Positions 19,333-29,492 of a DNA stretch of 64,000 nt are shown here, piece after piece (within the stretch, counting starts at the first letter, position 1; every line of letters starts with the position of its first letter). This DNA is from an uncultured delta proteobacterium (GTDB taxonomy: Bacteria; Desulfobacterota; Binatia; UBA9968). Made by a program: the position numbers and the translations under genes. The DNA lies in the NCBI GenBank assembly GCA_963840855.1, contig CAWJBB010000066.1, forward strand, positions 25,746 to 89,745, given 5' to 3'. Below the pieces are notes generated by a model. That model did not search any database. It was not told the origin of the DNA and worked only from the letters and a program-made list of their open reading frames with translations.

Positions 19333-21350
19333 TCTTCCTCCGCTCCTGCCAACGGAACGATCACGCGGTAGAGCGCGTAGTTGTGCACCCGGATACGCGG
19401 ATCGTCGATCTCGACCCGCGGTTCGGGGTCTCTCACCCAGCCGAAAAAGAGCGCCGCGCCGCTGCGCCAGGGGGCTTCCGCGCCGTCTCGGGGAAAAAAC
19501 GAAGCGTGAAATAAGATATCGCGGGTCTTGTCGTTGAACGTCATCTCGCGCAGACTCACCTCGTCGGCGCTCCGCCCGCGGTTTTGCTCGCCGTTATTGC
19601 CGCCAGCGGCGCCGGCCAGCGGAAATGCTTTCGTCCAGCTCTCGCCCTTGGGCAAATCACCCAGCGCGATGCGCGTCCCCGGCGCCACCAACCAGCAGTC
19701 GGTCAAGTCCTTGCCGCTCTGGTTTTGGACCTTAAGCAATAATTGCTCTCCCTGTCGCTCGATGGCGGCGCTGAGCGCTAAACGTTCCAGGTAACGGGCG
19801 CGCAAAAGCTTAAAGCCCCACTCTTTGAGGGGCAGTTGCACGCGCGTGGCGCCGCCGCCATGCCGATACACAAGCGATTGCCCTGGTTGCGCGTAAGCCG
19901 GCGCCGCAAGCGGCATCAAATCCATCCAGCCTCGCCCGAAGGCAAGACTATACTCGCGGAGCTGCGTCGAAAACAATGCCAGGTTGGTCTGCGCCTCGAC
20001 GTAACCGTCGCCGGCATTTTCCATCACGGTCGCCGCCAACAGGACGCCATCTGGCACCTGTCCGCCGCGGCTGAAGAAAAGATAGCCGGCGGCGGCGGCG
20101 CATAAAATCCAGCCGCAGCAACACAGCGCCAGCGTGCGCCGCGTAATGCGCCGGCCCTGCCAAAGCCACGACAGCACGAAGACACCGGCGAGGTAGCCAA
20201 CAATGGCAAAAAATAGCGAGCCGGTCGGAATGTAAGAGGAAATGAACGACGGACTGAGCAAGAGCTGGGAGAAAATCGCCTCGCTCCACTGCGGGCGCAA
20301 AGACAGGTTTTTATCCACAGCCGGCGTCAAAAGATTTTGCAAAAACTTCGGGAGGCCGTTCCAGGTTGACATTGGTGGCCGGCCGGCGTCCAGCGCCAGA
20401 TAAATGACCTTGCCCTTGCCCCAGTCGTTTTCGACAATCACCGGCAGGCCTTGGGACTCGGTCACTGTTTTACCTCTGAGGACGGTGGCTGTCTGAGCCC
20501 ACACGTCGGCGATAGCCGGGCCTTTGCCGGCTTCCCCGTGCGCAACGAATGCGGTTCGTTTGACTCCGGTGACTCGCACCGGCAGATAACGCCCTAGCTG
20601 TGGCTCCTGGTACAACGTAAAATTCAAGCTGCCGATGATCACCATCCTGCCGCCCGCCGCCAGCCAATCATCGAGAGCGAGCAACTGCGCCCGGGAAAGA
20701 TCGCGTAGGGACTGATCGTAAAGAACAAGGTGGGAAACTCCGAGCAAAGCCCGCGGTTCCAGCGGCAATTCCGCCAGGGTCAGCGCCACGACCCGGTTGG
20801 TCAACGACGCGCCTAGGGAAGTTAAGGGAACTGCGCTACCCTCGCTAACTGACAATACCACTGGCGCGGGTGAAAAGTGGCGACGCAAATCCAGCTCCCG
20901 TGACGCGGTCGCTGCCGGACTGGTGAATTGGATTTTCAGCGGCCGGCTGAGGAAATCCGGATCGATGGTGAACTGCACGCTCCGGCGCGAGCGCGCCGGC
21001 AAGAAAACTTCCCGGCGATGAAAGGTCGGGTACGGAACGCCACCCTGGGTTGCGCCACCTTTCCAGACCTGAATTTCCAGGATGCCGTCGGCAGGCCGGC
21101 CGATATTGGCGAGGTTCACTTCCAGCGGAAAAGGACGGCCCAACTGAAACACGCCGTGGAAACCGACTTTGGGCTCGATCAGGATCTCCGCTGCCGCTGC
21201 GGCGGGCAAAAGAATGCTCAGTAGTAAAAAAACGGGGAGGACACGGAAGGTTGATCGGGGCCGGCGAATAGAGAAGATCACTCCCGCGCGACGGCCGGCT
21301 CGCGCCTGGGATAAAACCGCAGGGACAGCCTTTTCGGTTGAAAAGGGCAT
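19329..21350 (-). CDS. Exported/membrane protein with GATase-like fold segment (MoxR cluster)
   Basis: Signal-like LLLSILLPAAAAA; QLLALDDWLAAGGRMVIIG..YLPV; GKGKVIYLA; central TM pair. Confidence 0.75.
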   Translation of the reverse strand: MPFSTEKAVPAVLSQARAGRRAGVIFSIRRPRSTFRVLPVFLLLSILLPAAAAAEILIEPKVGFHGVFQLGRPFPLEVNLANIGRPADGILEIQVWKGGATQGGVPYPTFHRREVFLPARSRRSVQFTIDPDFLSRPLKIQFTSPAATASRELDLRRHFSPAPVVLSVSEGSAVPLTSLGASLTNRVVALTLAELPLEPRALLGVSHLVLYDQSLRDLSRAQLLALDDWLAAGGRMVIIGSLNFTLYQEPQLGRYLPVRVTGVKRTAFVAHGEAGKGPAIADVWAQTATVLRGKTVTESQGLPVIVENDWGKGKVIYLALDAGRPPMSTWNGLPKFLQNLLTPAVDKNLSLRPQWSEAIFSQLLLSPSFISSYIPTGSLFFAIVGYLAGVFVLSWLWQGRRITRRTLALCCCGWILCAAAAGYLFFSRGGQVPDGVLLAATVMENAGDGYVEAQTNLALFSTQLREYSLAFGRGWMDLMPLAAPAYAQPGQSLVYRHGGGATRVQLPLKEWGFKLLRARYLERLALSAAIERQGEQLLLKVQNQSGKDLTDCWLVAPGTRIALGDLPKGESWTKAFPLAGAAGGNNGEQNRGRSADEVSLREMTFNDKTRDILFHASFFPRDGAEAPWRSGAALFFGWVRDPEPRVEIDDPRIRVHNYALYRVIVPLAGAEEE

Positions 21351-21391
21351 GGGGCCTTTCCAAATCGGCCCGCCCCACCGCCAGCCGAGAG

Positions 21392-21874
21392 CTACTCGAG
21401 ATACTCGACGCTCAGGATCTCGAGCGTACGAACGCCCGTCGGGGTGCGGACCTGAACTTCGTCTCCCTCGCTCTTACCGATCAACGCACGCGCAACGGGA
21501 GAGCTGATGGAAATTTTGCCGTTCTTCGGCTCCGCTTCATGGTCGCCGACGATTTGGTATATCACCTTGTCGCCGGTATCACCATCGGCCAGCGACACCG
21601 TCGCGCCAAAGACGACTTTGTCTCCCGACAATTTCGACACATCGATGACCTGCGCGCGCGCCAGCTTGTCCTCGATCTCGCGAATCTGGACATCGAGCAA
21701 CGATTGGCGTTCCTTCGCGGCGTGAAATTCGGCGTTTTCCGAAAGATCGCCGTGATCACGCGCCTCTTCGATATCGCGCACGTTCTTGGGGCGTTCCACC
21801 GTTTTCAGACGCTTTAAATCGTCCATCAAACGTTGATGCCCCTTGGTGGTCATCGGTACGCTGGCATCTGCCAT
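21392..21874 (-). CDS. greA: Transcription elongation factor GreA
   Basis: HGDLSENAEFHAAKE, YQIVG and ISISSPVARALIGK motifs. Confidence 0.97.
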   Translation of the reverse strand: MADASVPMTTKGHQRLMDDLKRLKTVERPKNVRDIEEARDHGDLSENAEFHAAKERQSLLDVQIREIEDKLARAQVIDVSKLSGDKVVFGATVSLADGDTGDKVIYQIVGDHEAEPKNGKISISSPVARALIGKSEGDEVQVRTPTGVRTLEILSVEYLE

Positions 21875-21890
21875 AACCCCACTCCTGGAA

Positions 21891-21925
21891 TAAAATAAAA
21901 ACCCCTCGGAATTACTCCCGAGAGG
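21891..21925 (-). terminator. Intrinsic terminator in the greA 5' leader
   Basis: Minus strand CCTCTCGGGA-GTAA-TTCCGAGGGG followed by TTTTTATTTTA, just upstream of the GGAG RBS. Confidence 0.7.
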
Positions 21926-21942
21926 CCTTTAGAATTTGGCTG

Positions 21943-21971
21943 ATTGCACCGGTTGCTTGTCGCTTCGTCAA
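21943..21971 (-). promoter_or_regulatory. Putative sigma70 promoter of greA
   Basis: TTGACG-17 nt-TGCAAT on the minus strand. Confidence 0.5.
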
Positions 21972-22021
21972 GACTACCCATCCGGCGGCGATAAATCAAC
22001 CGTTGCGGGGCTCGCTCGCGC

Positions 22022-22105
22022 GGTTCAAGGTTCAATATTCAAGGCGGAACCCGAAAACCGTAAAACCCCGAACCTCCTACGTTGAAATTGAACCTTGAAC
22101 TTAAA
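22022..22105. repeat. Inverted arms of GGTTCAA/TTGAACC heptamer repeats
   Basis: ggttcaaggttcaatattcaag ... gttgaaattgaaccttgaacttaaa. Confidence 0.65.
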
Positions 22106-22179
22106 TTCACCTCAAGCCGAAGGTTGCCAACTCAAAGACCACTTTCTTGAATCCAAACCCGGGTTCGGCGACGATTTTT

Positions 22180-23157
22180 TTAAGCCCGCTTGCCCGGGCC
22201 GAAGACGTGGCAGGAAACGCCATGGCCATCGCTCGTGAATTCCAAAGGCGGCTCGGTCTGGCTGCACACCGCTTCGCGGTAGGAGCAGCGGGGATGGAAG
22301 GTGCAGCCCGATGGCGGATTGACCGGACTCGGCACATCGCCTTCCAGCACCACCCGTTCTTTTTTTCGCGCGAAGTCGGGCGTGGGTACGGCGGAGAGCA
22401 ATGCCTTGGTATAGGGATGCTTTGCCTCGCGGTAGATCGTGTCGCCCTTGGCGATCTCGACCACTTTGCCGAGATACATGATGGCCACGCGGTGGCTGAT
22501 ATGTTCGACGACGCGAAGGTCGTGGGAAATGAAAAGATAAGTCAGGTGCATCTTCTCTTGCAGCTCCTGCAACAGATTGATGATCTGCGCCTGAATCGAA
22601 ACGTCGAGGGACGAGACCGGCTCATCGCAGACTATAAAACTGGGACTGACCGCCAGGGCGCGGGCGATGCCGATTCGCTGGCGCTGTCCGCCGCTGAATT
22701 CATGCGGGTAACGGGGATAGTGGTCTTCGCGCAAGCCGACCTGGTGCAAGAGTTCCATGACCCGGTCGCGTTTGGCGTTTCCTTTGGCGAGCTTGTGAAT
22801 CTCTAAACCTTCGCCGATGATATCACCCACGCGCATGCGCGGATTGAGCGACGCGTAAGGGTCCTGAAAGATGATCTGCATCTGGCGCCGCATGTCGCGC
22901 AGCTCGCGTTGCGACATGGCGAGGAGATTTTTTCCCTGAAAAACAACTTCGCCGCTGGTGGGCTCGATGAGACGGAGAATTGCCCGACCTAAAGTAGACT
23001 TGCCGCAGCCCGACTCGCCCACCAACCCCAATGTCTCCCCTTCATTGACCGCCAAGCTGACGCCATCGACAGCTTTGACGACGCCCTTACCGCGCGAGAA
23101 TAGACCTTCGCCGACGGGGAAATGCTTTTTCAGGTTCCTGATCTCAAGCAGGCTCAT
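22180..23157 (-). CDS. Oligopeptide/dipeptide ABC ATPase (OppF/DppF-like)
   Basis: [27 protein letters not shown] and oligo_HPY tail. Confidence 0.95.
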   Translation of the reverse strand: MSLLEIRNLKKHFPVGEGLFSRGKGVVKAVDGVSLAVNEGETLGLVGESGCGKSTLGRAILRLIEPTSGEVVFQGKNLLAMSQRELRDMRRQMQIIFQDPYASLNPRMRVGDIIGEGLEIHKLAKGNAKRDRVMELLHQVGLREDHYPRYPHEFSGGQRQRIGIARALAVSPSFIVCDEPVSSLDVSIQAQIINLLQELQEKMHLTYLFISHDLRVVEHISHRVAIMYLGKVVEIAKGDTIYREAKHPYTKALLSAVPTPDFARKKERVVLEGDVPSPVNPPSGCTFHPRCSYREAVCSQTEPPLEFTSDGHGVSCHVFGPGKRA

Positions 23158-23174
23158 GTCTTCAGACCAAATTC

Positions 23175-23237
23175 CGAGGATGGCGGATTGAGGATCGAGA
23201 ATCGCGATCTTCCATCCTTGATCTTCGATCCTCGATT
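23175..23237. repeat. Inverted GAGGATG/ATCCTCG heptamer repeats
   Basis: gaggatggcggattgaggatcgagaatcg ... atcttccatccttgatcttcgatcctcga; related copy at 37964-38025. Confidence 0.65.
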
Positions 23238-23244
23238 TATCATT

Positions 23245-24243
23245 TTATCCTGCGGCTCCCTGCCGCACTTCCGTATGGGGAAAATGACACGCAACGGTAT
23301 GCCCTGATTCTTTTGCCACCAGCTCTGGCTCGAATTGAGCGCAAATCTCCGCCGCTTTTGGGCAACGGTCGCGGAAGCGGCAGCCGCTGGGCAGATTGAG
23401 CGGGCTCGGCACCATGCCGGGAATCGCGTCGAGACGCCGCTTTTTCTCACTCCCCACGCCGGGCAGCGAGTTGAGCAATCCCACCGTGTAGGGATGGAGC
23501 GGATGGTTGAAGATCGCCCGCGTGCTGGCGCTTTCGACGATTTTTCCCGCGTACATAATCGCAACATCATCCGCCTGCTCGGCAACAACGCCGAGATCGT
23601 GGGTAATCAGGAGCAGTGCCATGCCGCCGATTTTCTGCTGCAGTTCTTTCATGAGCTCGAGAATCTGCGCCTGAATGGTCACGTCCAAAGCCGTGGTCGG
23701 CTCGTCGGCGATGAGCAAGCTCGGATTGCAGGAAAGCGCCATGGCAATCATAACGCGTTGGCGCATGCCGCCGCTCAACTGATGGGGATAGGAATCGACA
23801 CGCGATCCCGGATCGGCGATCTTGACGAGCCGGAGCATTTCGATGGTCTTATCCCGAGTCTCGCGTTTTCCTAAACCCTGATGCAACTTGATCGCCTCGC
23901 CGATCTGGTTGCCGACGGTGAAAACCGGATTGAGCGAGGTCATCGGCTCTTGAAAGATCATAGAGATCTCGTTGCCGCGGATTTTACGCATCTCTTCGTT
24001 GCCGAGTTTCAAAAGATCGCGGCCACGGTAGAATATTTCGCCGCCGACGATCTTTCCCGGCGGCGATGGGATCAATCGCATGATAGAGAGCGATGTCACG
24101 CTCTTGCCGCACCCCGACTCGCCCACCAAACCGAGAGTTTTCCCTTCGCCGATCTCAAAGCTCACGCCGTCGATGGCGCGCACCTCGCCCTCGGGGGTGA
24201 AGAAAGAAGTCCGGAGATTTTTGACTTGAATCAGGTCCGCCAT
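23245..24243 (-). CDS. Oligopeptide/dipeptide ABC ATPase (OppD/DppD-like)
   Basis: [34 protein letters not shown] and HPYT motifs. Confidence 0.95.
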   Translation of the reverse strand: MADLIQVKNLRTSFFTPEGEVRAIDGVSFEIGEGKTLGLVGESGCGKSVTSLSIMRLIPSPPGKIVGGEIFYRGRDLLKLGNEEMRKIRGNEISMIFQEPMTSLNPVFTVGNQIGEAIKLHQGLGKRETRDKTIEMLRLVKIADPGSRVDSYPHQLSGGMRQRVMIAMALSCNPSLLIADEPTTALDVTIQAQILELMKELQQKIGGMALLLITHDLGVVAEQADDVAIMYAGKIVESASTRAIFNHPLHPYTVGLLNSLPGVGSEKKRRLDAIPGMVPSPLNLPSGCRFRDRCPKAAEICAQFEPELVAKESGHTVACHFPHTEVRQGAAG

Positions 24244-24499
24244 GGCGGCAACGTCGTCGATGTTAGATTTTAACTTGTACGACCTCCACGCACTCGATTC
24301 AACACGCGCGGGTCTGAAATATCGCGAATTGCATCTCCCATAGCATTAAATCCCAGTACTGCCAACATGATCACCGGCACCGGATAGATAACCACATGGG
24401 GATAAAGGCGCAAGTACGGCCCGCCGGCGCGCAACATCCCGCCCCAGCGGATTCCGTATTCAGTGCCGTGCCATGAAACACCGAGCGGCTTGAACGTGT

Positions 24500-25271
24500 T
24501 TATTTTTGGAACTGCTCTTTCGGAAAATTCGCTGTCGCCATGACTCCGCCGTCCACCACAAGGGGGTGGCCGATGATGAATTCGGAATCGTCGCTCACCA
24601 GAAACAACGCCGCCTTCGCTTGATCATCGGCGGTTCCTAAACGGCCCGCCAGGTTCTCAAAAGTCCGGCTGCCGGTCACATCGTCATCGTAACCGACCGG
24701 AGAACCGGAACGGTTCGGCACCACGCAATTGACGCGAATTTTGTACGGCGCGAGTTGCACGGCCATTGCTCGCGTCATATTGATCACACCCGCCTTGGCG
24801 GCGGCGTAAGCGATGCCGTCCGGGCGGCCGACCAACCCGGATGTCGAGCCAAAATTGACGATCTTGCCGCCCCGTCCCTGCTGCTTCATCTGCGCGGCGA
24901 CATATTTCGTCACCAGATAGGGCCCTTTCAAACTTACCGCGATAACCTTATCGAACTCATCTTCCGTGCTATCGAAAATATTGGCGTGGTCCGTCAACGC
25001 GGCGTTGTTCACCAGAATATCGATGCCGCCGAATCTTCGCCACGACTCTATGGATCATCTCTGCGACGTCGCCGGATTTCGAGACGTCGCACAGCACCAC
25101 CATGGCCTCTCCGCCAGCCTTGGTGATTTCATCGACCACTGCTTGCCCGCGCCCTTCGTGCATCTCAACGACCGCAATCTTCGCTCCTTCGGAGGCGAAA
25201 AGTTTCGCCATCGCCTTGCCGATATTTCTCCCCGCGCCGGTGATGACCGCTACCTGATCTTTGAGTTTCAT
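24500..25271 (-). CDS. SDR family oxidoreductase, split by a +1 frameshift near 25036
   Basis: ITGAGRNIG in one frame; NNA and YAAAK in the other. Removing one base restores VVAKFGGIDILVNNAA. Confidence 0.88.
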
Positions 25272-25374
25272 CGCACTTATCCCCCTCGACTTTTCTCGGA
25301 GACCGGAGCCTATCCGTAGCCTTGCCGCTGTGTCAATCGGCTAACCGCGACGACGCGCATGGCGATCCGTTGGT

Positions 25375-25935
25375 TTAAATCTTAAGATCCTCCGGCGCTA
25401 TCGCCGTATAGACGTCGAAGGTATTCATCGTGCACGCAAGCATGGCGTAATAACCAATGGTCGCCGCCAGCTCGACGAAGCCTTTCTCGCCAAGCCGCCC
25501 GTAGAGCGCCTGAAACGTCGCCTCGCTCACCTGGTGGAAATTTAAGATCTCGCGCACGAAGCTGACGATCTGAGCGTCCTCGGAAGTGAAATCCTCGGCG
25601 CCCTTTTTTTCATAGACGGCGCGAACGGTTGCCATCGGAATGCCGGCGTTCTGGGCGTGGTGGACATGCGCCGCCCATTCATGCTTGCATTCGAGTTCCC
25701 GCGCCGACACCAGCGCCGCCAGTTCGACAAGCTTACGATCCAGGGTCGATTCGAAGCGCACGTAGCTGCCCAAATGCATCGTCCGATGGGCAATCTCCGG
25801 ACTATGCAAAAGCGCCAGCCACGGTCCGCCGACGACCCCACGGCTCTGCGCGATGGCGTCGTAGACTTTTTGATCATCCGGCGCCAGCTCTTCTTTCTTT
25901 GTGATAGTCGCGATACGTGCCACGCTATTCTCCAT
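25375..25935 (-). CDS. Carboxymuconolactone decarboxylase (CMD/AhpD-like) family protein
   Basis: GPWLALLHSPE..LGSYVRF..ELAAL..EWAAH..ELAATIGYY. Confidence 0.85.
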   Translation of the reverse strand: MENSVARIATITKKEELAPDDQKVYDAIAQSRGVVGGPWLALLHSPEIAHRTMHLGSYVRFESTLDRKLVELAALVSARELECKHEWAAHVHHAQNAGIPMATVRAVYEKKGAEDFTSEDAQIVSFVREILNFHQVSEATFQALYGRLGEKGFVELAATIGYYAMLACTMNTFDVYTAIAPEDLKI

Positions 25936-25940
25936 TTCAA

Positions 25941-27068
25941 CTACGAAAGTTTCTCTTGCAGCCACTTCGTCACGATGTTCACCACTTCGTCATTCGACTG
26001 ACCTTTTATCCGTCCCATATGGCCCGCTCCCGCAATGATGCGCAGGTCCTTCGGGCTGCCATGTTCGGCGAGTAGATAGAGATCGCTGATCGGATGTTGG
26101 TCGTCTTCTTTGCCGTTGATGCATAGCAACGGCGCGCAAGGTTGGTCGATCAACCCTTGCGTCACCAACGACAAAGTGGGCGCGATTTTTAACGTTTCTT
26201 CGAGCGAATTCGCGCGAAAGATATAGGATCGGGCATCCAATAAACTGGCAGGCCCCATCAGGTACTGGGAAGCAGTCACGGTCAGCGCGGGCCGCAGCCA
26301 CTCTTCTTGAAACGTCCTGTGCACTCCGGCACCCCAGTTGACCGCGCCGCTGAGCCGCTTTGCTTCCACGTGCGCGAGCTTCGCCGCCCAGTAACCGCCG
26401 AAGCTTCCGCCCATGCAGGCGATCCGTTTGCCGTCGATACCAGCGCGGGTTTCGAGATAATCCATTGCCGCGGAGAAAGTCCGCTCGGCGCGCGGGTCGC
26501 TACCCAGACAGGGATTCTCGCCCGTGCCCGGCATATCGATGGTAAAACAAGCCAGTCCGATCTTGAGTAATACGTCGTTGTTGGTCCGGCGGTCTTCCTT
26601 CCAGCCATCGACGCCACCCCAATGCATCACCACCGGCGGGCGGTTGACGCCCCTCGGTACTTGTAAGTAGCCAACGACCTTTTTCCCTTCGAAAGGAATT
26701 TCAATTCTTTCCAGAGGCGGGTCCATCGTTGGGGCGGCTTTGAGAAACGTCCGGAGCGCGCCTTCATAACATTTCATTTTATCCGGGCTGCTCGGCACCG
26801 GGTAACGGCCGATGCGGTAATATTCGTATGCCAAATAGTAGGTCTCGCCAGCCTCTTTTTTCTTTCCGTGCGATTCCTGCTCGCCGGCAAGCGCTTCGTA
26901 CTTTGTGCCGAATTTGCCCCACTCACGGCCCCAGAGATCCGGGTCAAGGCTGGTAATATTTTTTACCACCTGCTCGACATCTTCCTTCTTCACCCGCTCG
27001 AAGGGATTGATCCTGCCGGCCCGGTGCAAGATATCCGCTTTGATTTCTTCCAGAGTCTTCTCCGCCAT
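25941..27068 (-). CDS. Alpha/beta hydrolase, FrsA / 2,6-dihydroxypseudooxynicotine hydrolase-like
   Basis: GGVDGWKE, DMPGTGE, nucleophile elbow GGSFGG, GKEDD and C-terminal GH. Confidence 0.87.
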   Translation of the reverse strand: MAEKTLEEIKADILHRAGRINPFERVKKEDVEQVVKNITSLDPDLWGREWGKFGTKYEALAGEQESHGKKKEAGETYYLAYEYYRIGRYPVPSSPDKMKCYEGALRTFLKAAPTMDPPLERIEIPFEGKKVVGYLQVPRGVNRPPVVMHWGGVDGWKEDRRTNNDVLLKIGLACFTIDMPGTGENPCLGSDPRAERTFSAAMDYLETRAGIDGKRIACMGGSFGGYWAAKLAHVEAKRLSGAVNWGAGVHRTFQEEWLRPALTVTASQYLMGPASLLDARSYIFRANSLEETLKIAPTLSLVTQGLIDQPCAPLLCINGKEDDQHPISDLYLLAEHGSPKDLRIIAGAGHMGRIKGQSNDEVVNIVTKWLQEKLS

Positions 27069-27347
27069 GATTTTTGCTCCTGTTATGATTTTGCGCCAGG
27101 TTCCCGGGCCAAGCTTTTTATTGCATTTTTGTAGAATCGGTCATCGACAAACTGCTCGGGCTTAAAGTTGGGCCGTTCCTTTGAGGTCCTCCAAGCGTTT
27201 CACGTTCGGTCCGGTAATCAGCCCAAAGGGAATCTGGTTGAAGATTTGCAATAAAACGCGGATCCGCTCGCCGCGAAACATCGCCTGCATGGACGGCCCA
27301 AGCTTTACAGACGGTGTGCTGCGTTGGGCTTAGCAGAAAGGCGCGAA

Positions 27348-28421
27348 CTAGCGCAAGCCCCGAAGCCGCGGGTCGAGTGCATCGCGCAAGCCTTCGCCGA
27401 CGAGATAGTAGGCAAGCACGGTAATAAAAATCGCAAAGCCGGGAAAAACCGCCAACCACCAGGCAAAAGTATTACTGCGCGCTTCGTTAAGAATTGATCC
27501 CCAGGTCACGGTGTCGGCAGGAACACCGATGCCGAGGAAACTGAGGCTCGATTCGATTAGAATCGCGCCCGCAACGCCCAGGACAACGGAGACCATCACG
27601 GGAGCCATAGCGTTTGGCAGAATATGACGAAACATGATTTTACGACTAGAAACTCCCAGCGCCAGCGCCGCCGTAACATAATCAAGACTCCGGAGCTTCA
27701 GAAATTCATTGCGCGCAAATCGAGCGATGCCCACCCAGCCCGTCAGTCCGATAATCACCATCGTCAAAAAAATGCTCGGCGGAAAAACCGCCGCAATGGT
27801 GATCAATAGAAAGAAAGTCGGGATGGCAAGCATCAATTCAAACAACCGCGATGTAACCAAATCGATCCAGCCGCCAAAGAAGCCCGCCAGTGCCCCGAGA
27901 ATCACGCCGATCACGAGGGAAATTCCCACCGCGACAAAACCGATCGAGAGTGAGATGCGCGAACCGTGAATGATCCCCGCCATGACATCACGGCCTAGTT
28001 TATCCGTGCCGAGCCAGTGCTTCGCCGACGGCGGCGCAAACGAGGCGGTCAGATTGACGTTACTGGGGCGGTAAGGAATGGGCGGAAAAACGGCCGCCTG
28101 ATTGTCCAAAGTTTTATATTCGACGTTGAGCAGCTCGGGCGGCAGGCGCGCCAGCCCCAGCTGCACCATGTAACCGCGGAGAATCGGAAAATAAGACTTG
28201 CCCTGATAACGAAGATAGTAGGGCTTATCGTTGGCGAGAAAATCCGCGAACAGGGCGATACCGAGTAAAAAGCAGACTACGTAAAGGCCGGCGATAGCGA
28301 CTCGATTGCGCTTGAACTCGCGCCACACCAGTGCGCTTAGCTTTGCACCCTTTTCCCTGTTTGAAAAGGACATGATTTTCTGCCACCAGACGGACTTGGA
28401 ATTACCGCCGCGCCGGCTCAC
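27348..28421 (-). CDS. Peptide ABC transporter permease (OppC-like)
   Basis: HWLGTDKLGRD, RHILPN and ESSLSFLGIG motifs. Confidence 0.93.
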   Translation of the reverse strand: MSRRGGNSKSVWWQKIMSFSNREKGAKLSALVWREFKRNRVAIAGLYVVCFLLGIALFADFLANDKPYYLRYQGKSYFPILRGYMVQLGLARLPPELLNVEYKTLDNQAAVFPPIPYRPSNVNLTASFAPPSAKHWLGTDKLGRDVMAGIIHGSRISLSIGFVAVGISLVIGVILGALAGFFGGWIDLVTSRLFELMLAIPTFFLLITIAAVFPPSIFLTMVIIGLTGWVGIARFARNEFLKLRSLDYVTAALALGVSSRKIMFRHILPNAMAPVMVSVVLGVAGAILIESSLSFLGIGVPADTVTWGSILNEARSNTFAWWLAVFPGFAIFITVLAYYLVGEGLRDALDPRLRGLR

Positions 28422-29446
28422 TGCCTGCGGCCGAAAGCGATGCGCGGGTCGACGACGGCAAGCAAGAGATCGGAAAGCAGAATGCCAACCAGCGTCAAAA
28501 GCGCGCTGACTGTAAACAGCGCCATGACGACGGGAAAATCCCGCGCCAGCACCGCTTCGTATCCGAGCTGGCCCAAGCCCGGGATGGAGAAGATCGTCTC
28601 GACGATAACGCTGCCGCCGACTAAACCCGGCAATATGCCGGCCAAAATGGTGACCATCGGAATCAACGAATTGCGCAAGACATGTTTGTAGATCACCACG
28701 CCTTCAGGCAGACCCTTTGCGCGCGCGGTCTGAACGAAATCCTGCCGCAACTGCTCCAACATTCCCGATCGCATATAGCGCGATAAACCCGCGAAGCCGG
28801 CGTAGGAAAGCATCAGCACCGGCAAAAAAAGGTGCCATATCTGGTCTTTCAACTTTTGCCAGAGCGGCCACTCCGGCGCGTAATCGATCGAGGTCAAGCC
28901 GCCAGGAGGAAAAACGAAATAATAATCGCCGCCGCAGAGAAAGACGATTGCCATCGTGCCGAGCCAGACCACGGGCAATGCAAATAGCACGAATGCGAAC
29001 AGCGTGGTGGTCTGGTCGCCGAGCGAATAGGAATGGGTCGCGGAGTAGATCCCCAGCGGAACGGCGACGATGTACACGAGAAAAAGGGATAAAACGTTCA
29101 GCTTAATGGTGACCGGGAGCCGCTCGCGAATCTTGTCAAACACCGGTTGGTTGTCTTTGTAAGACTCGCCGAATTTGAGCGTGAAGAGATTCTTGATCCA
29201 GACGGCGTATTGCACGGGAAGCGGTTTGTCCAGTCCGTACTGCGCGCGCCATTGGGCCACGGCCTCATCGACGGCGCCGCGCTTTTCCGTCGAAATCCCC
29301 GCCTCTCCGGCGCCGCGCAGTCCGCCGCCGGCGCGCAGTTCCGCCGGATCTCCCGGCGCCAGGCGCATAATGAGGAAACTGATTATGGTAACCCCGATGA
29401 ACGTGGGAATCAGCAGCAGAAAACGCCGTAAAAGATAGGACCCCAT
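28418..29446 (-). CDS. Peptide ABC transporter permease (OppB-like)
   Basis: LAPGDP, YGLDKPL, TARAKGL, KHVLRNSL and VDPRI motifs. Confidence 0.93.
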   Translation of the reverse strand: MGSYLLRRFLLLIPTFIGVTIISFLIMRLAPGDPAELRAGGGLRGAGEAGISTEKRGAVDEAVAQWRAQYGLDKPLPVQYAVWIKNLFTLKFGESYKDNQPVFDKIRERLPVTIKLNVLSLFLVYIVAVPLGIYSATHSYSLGDQTTTLFAFVLFALPVVWLGTMAIVFLCGGDYYFVFPPGGLTSIDYAPEWPLWQKLKDQIWHLFLPVLMLSYAGFAGLSRYMRSGMLEQLRQDFVQTARAKGLPEGVVIYKHVLRNSLIPMVTILAGILPGLVGGSVIVETIFSIPGLGQLGYEAVLARDFPVVMALFTVSALLTLVGILLSDLLLAVVDPRIAFGRRQ

Positions 29447-29492
29447 CCGCGCGGTCTATTCTATGTAAACCCCGCCCGCGAAGTGGCTTCGT

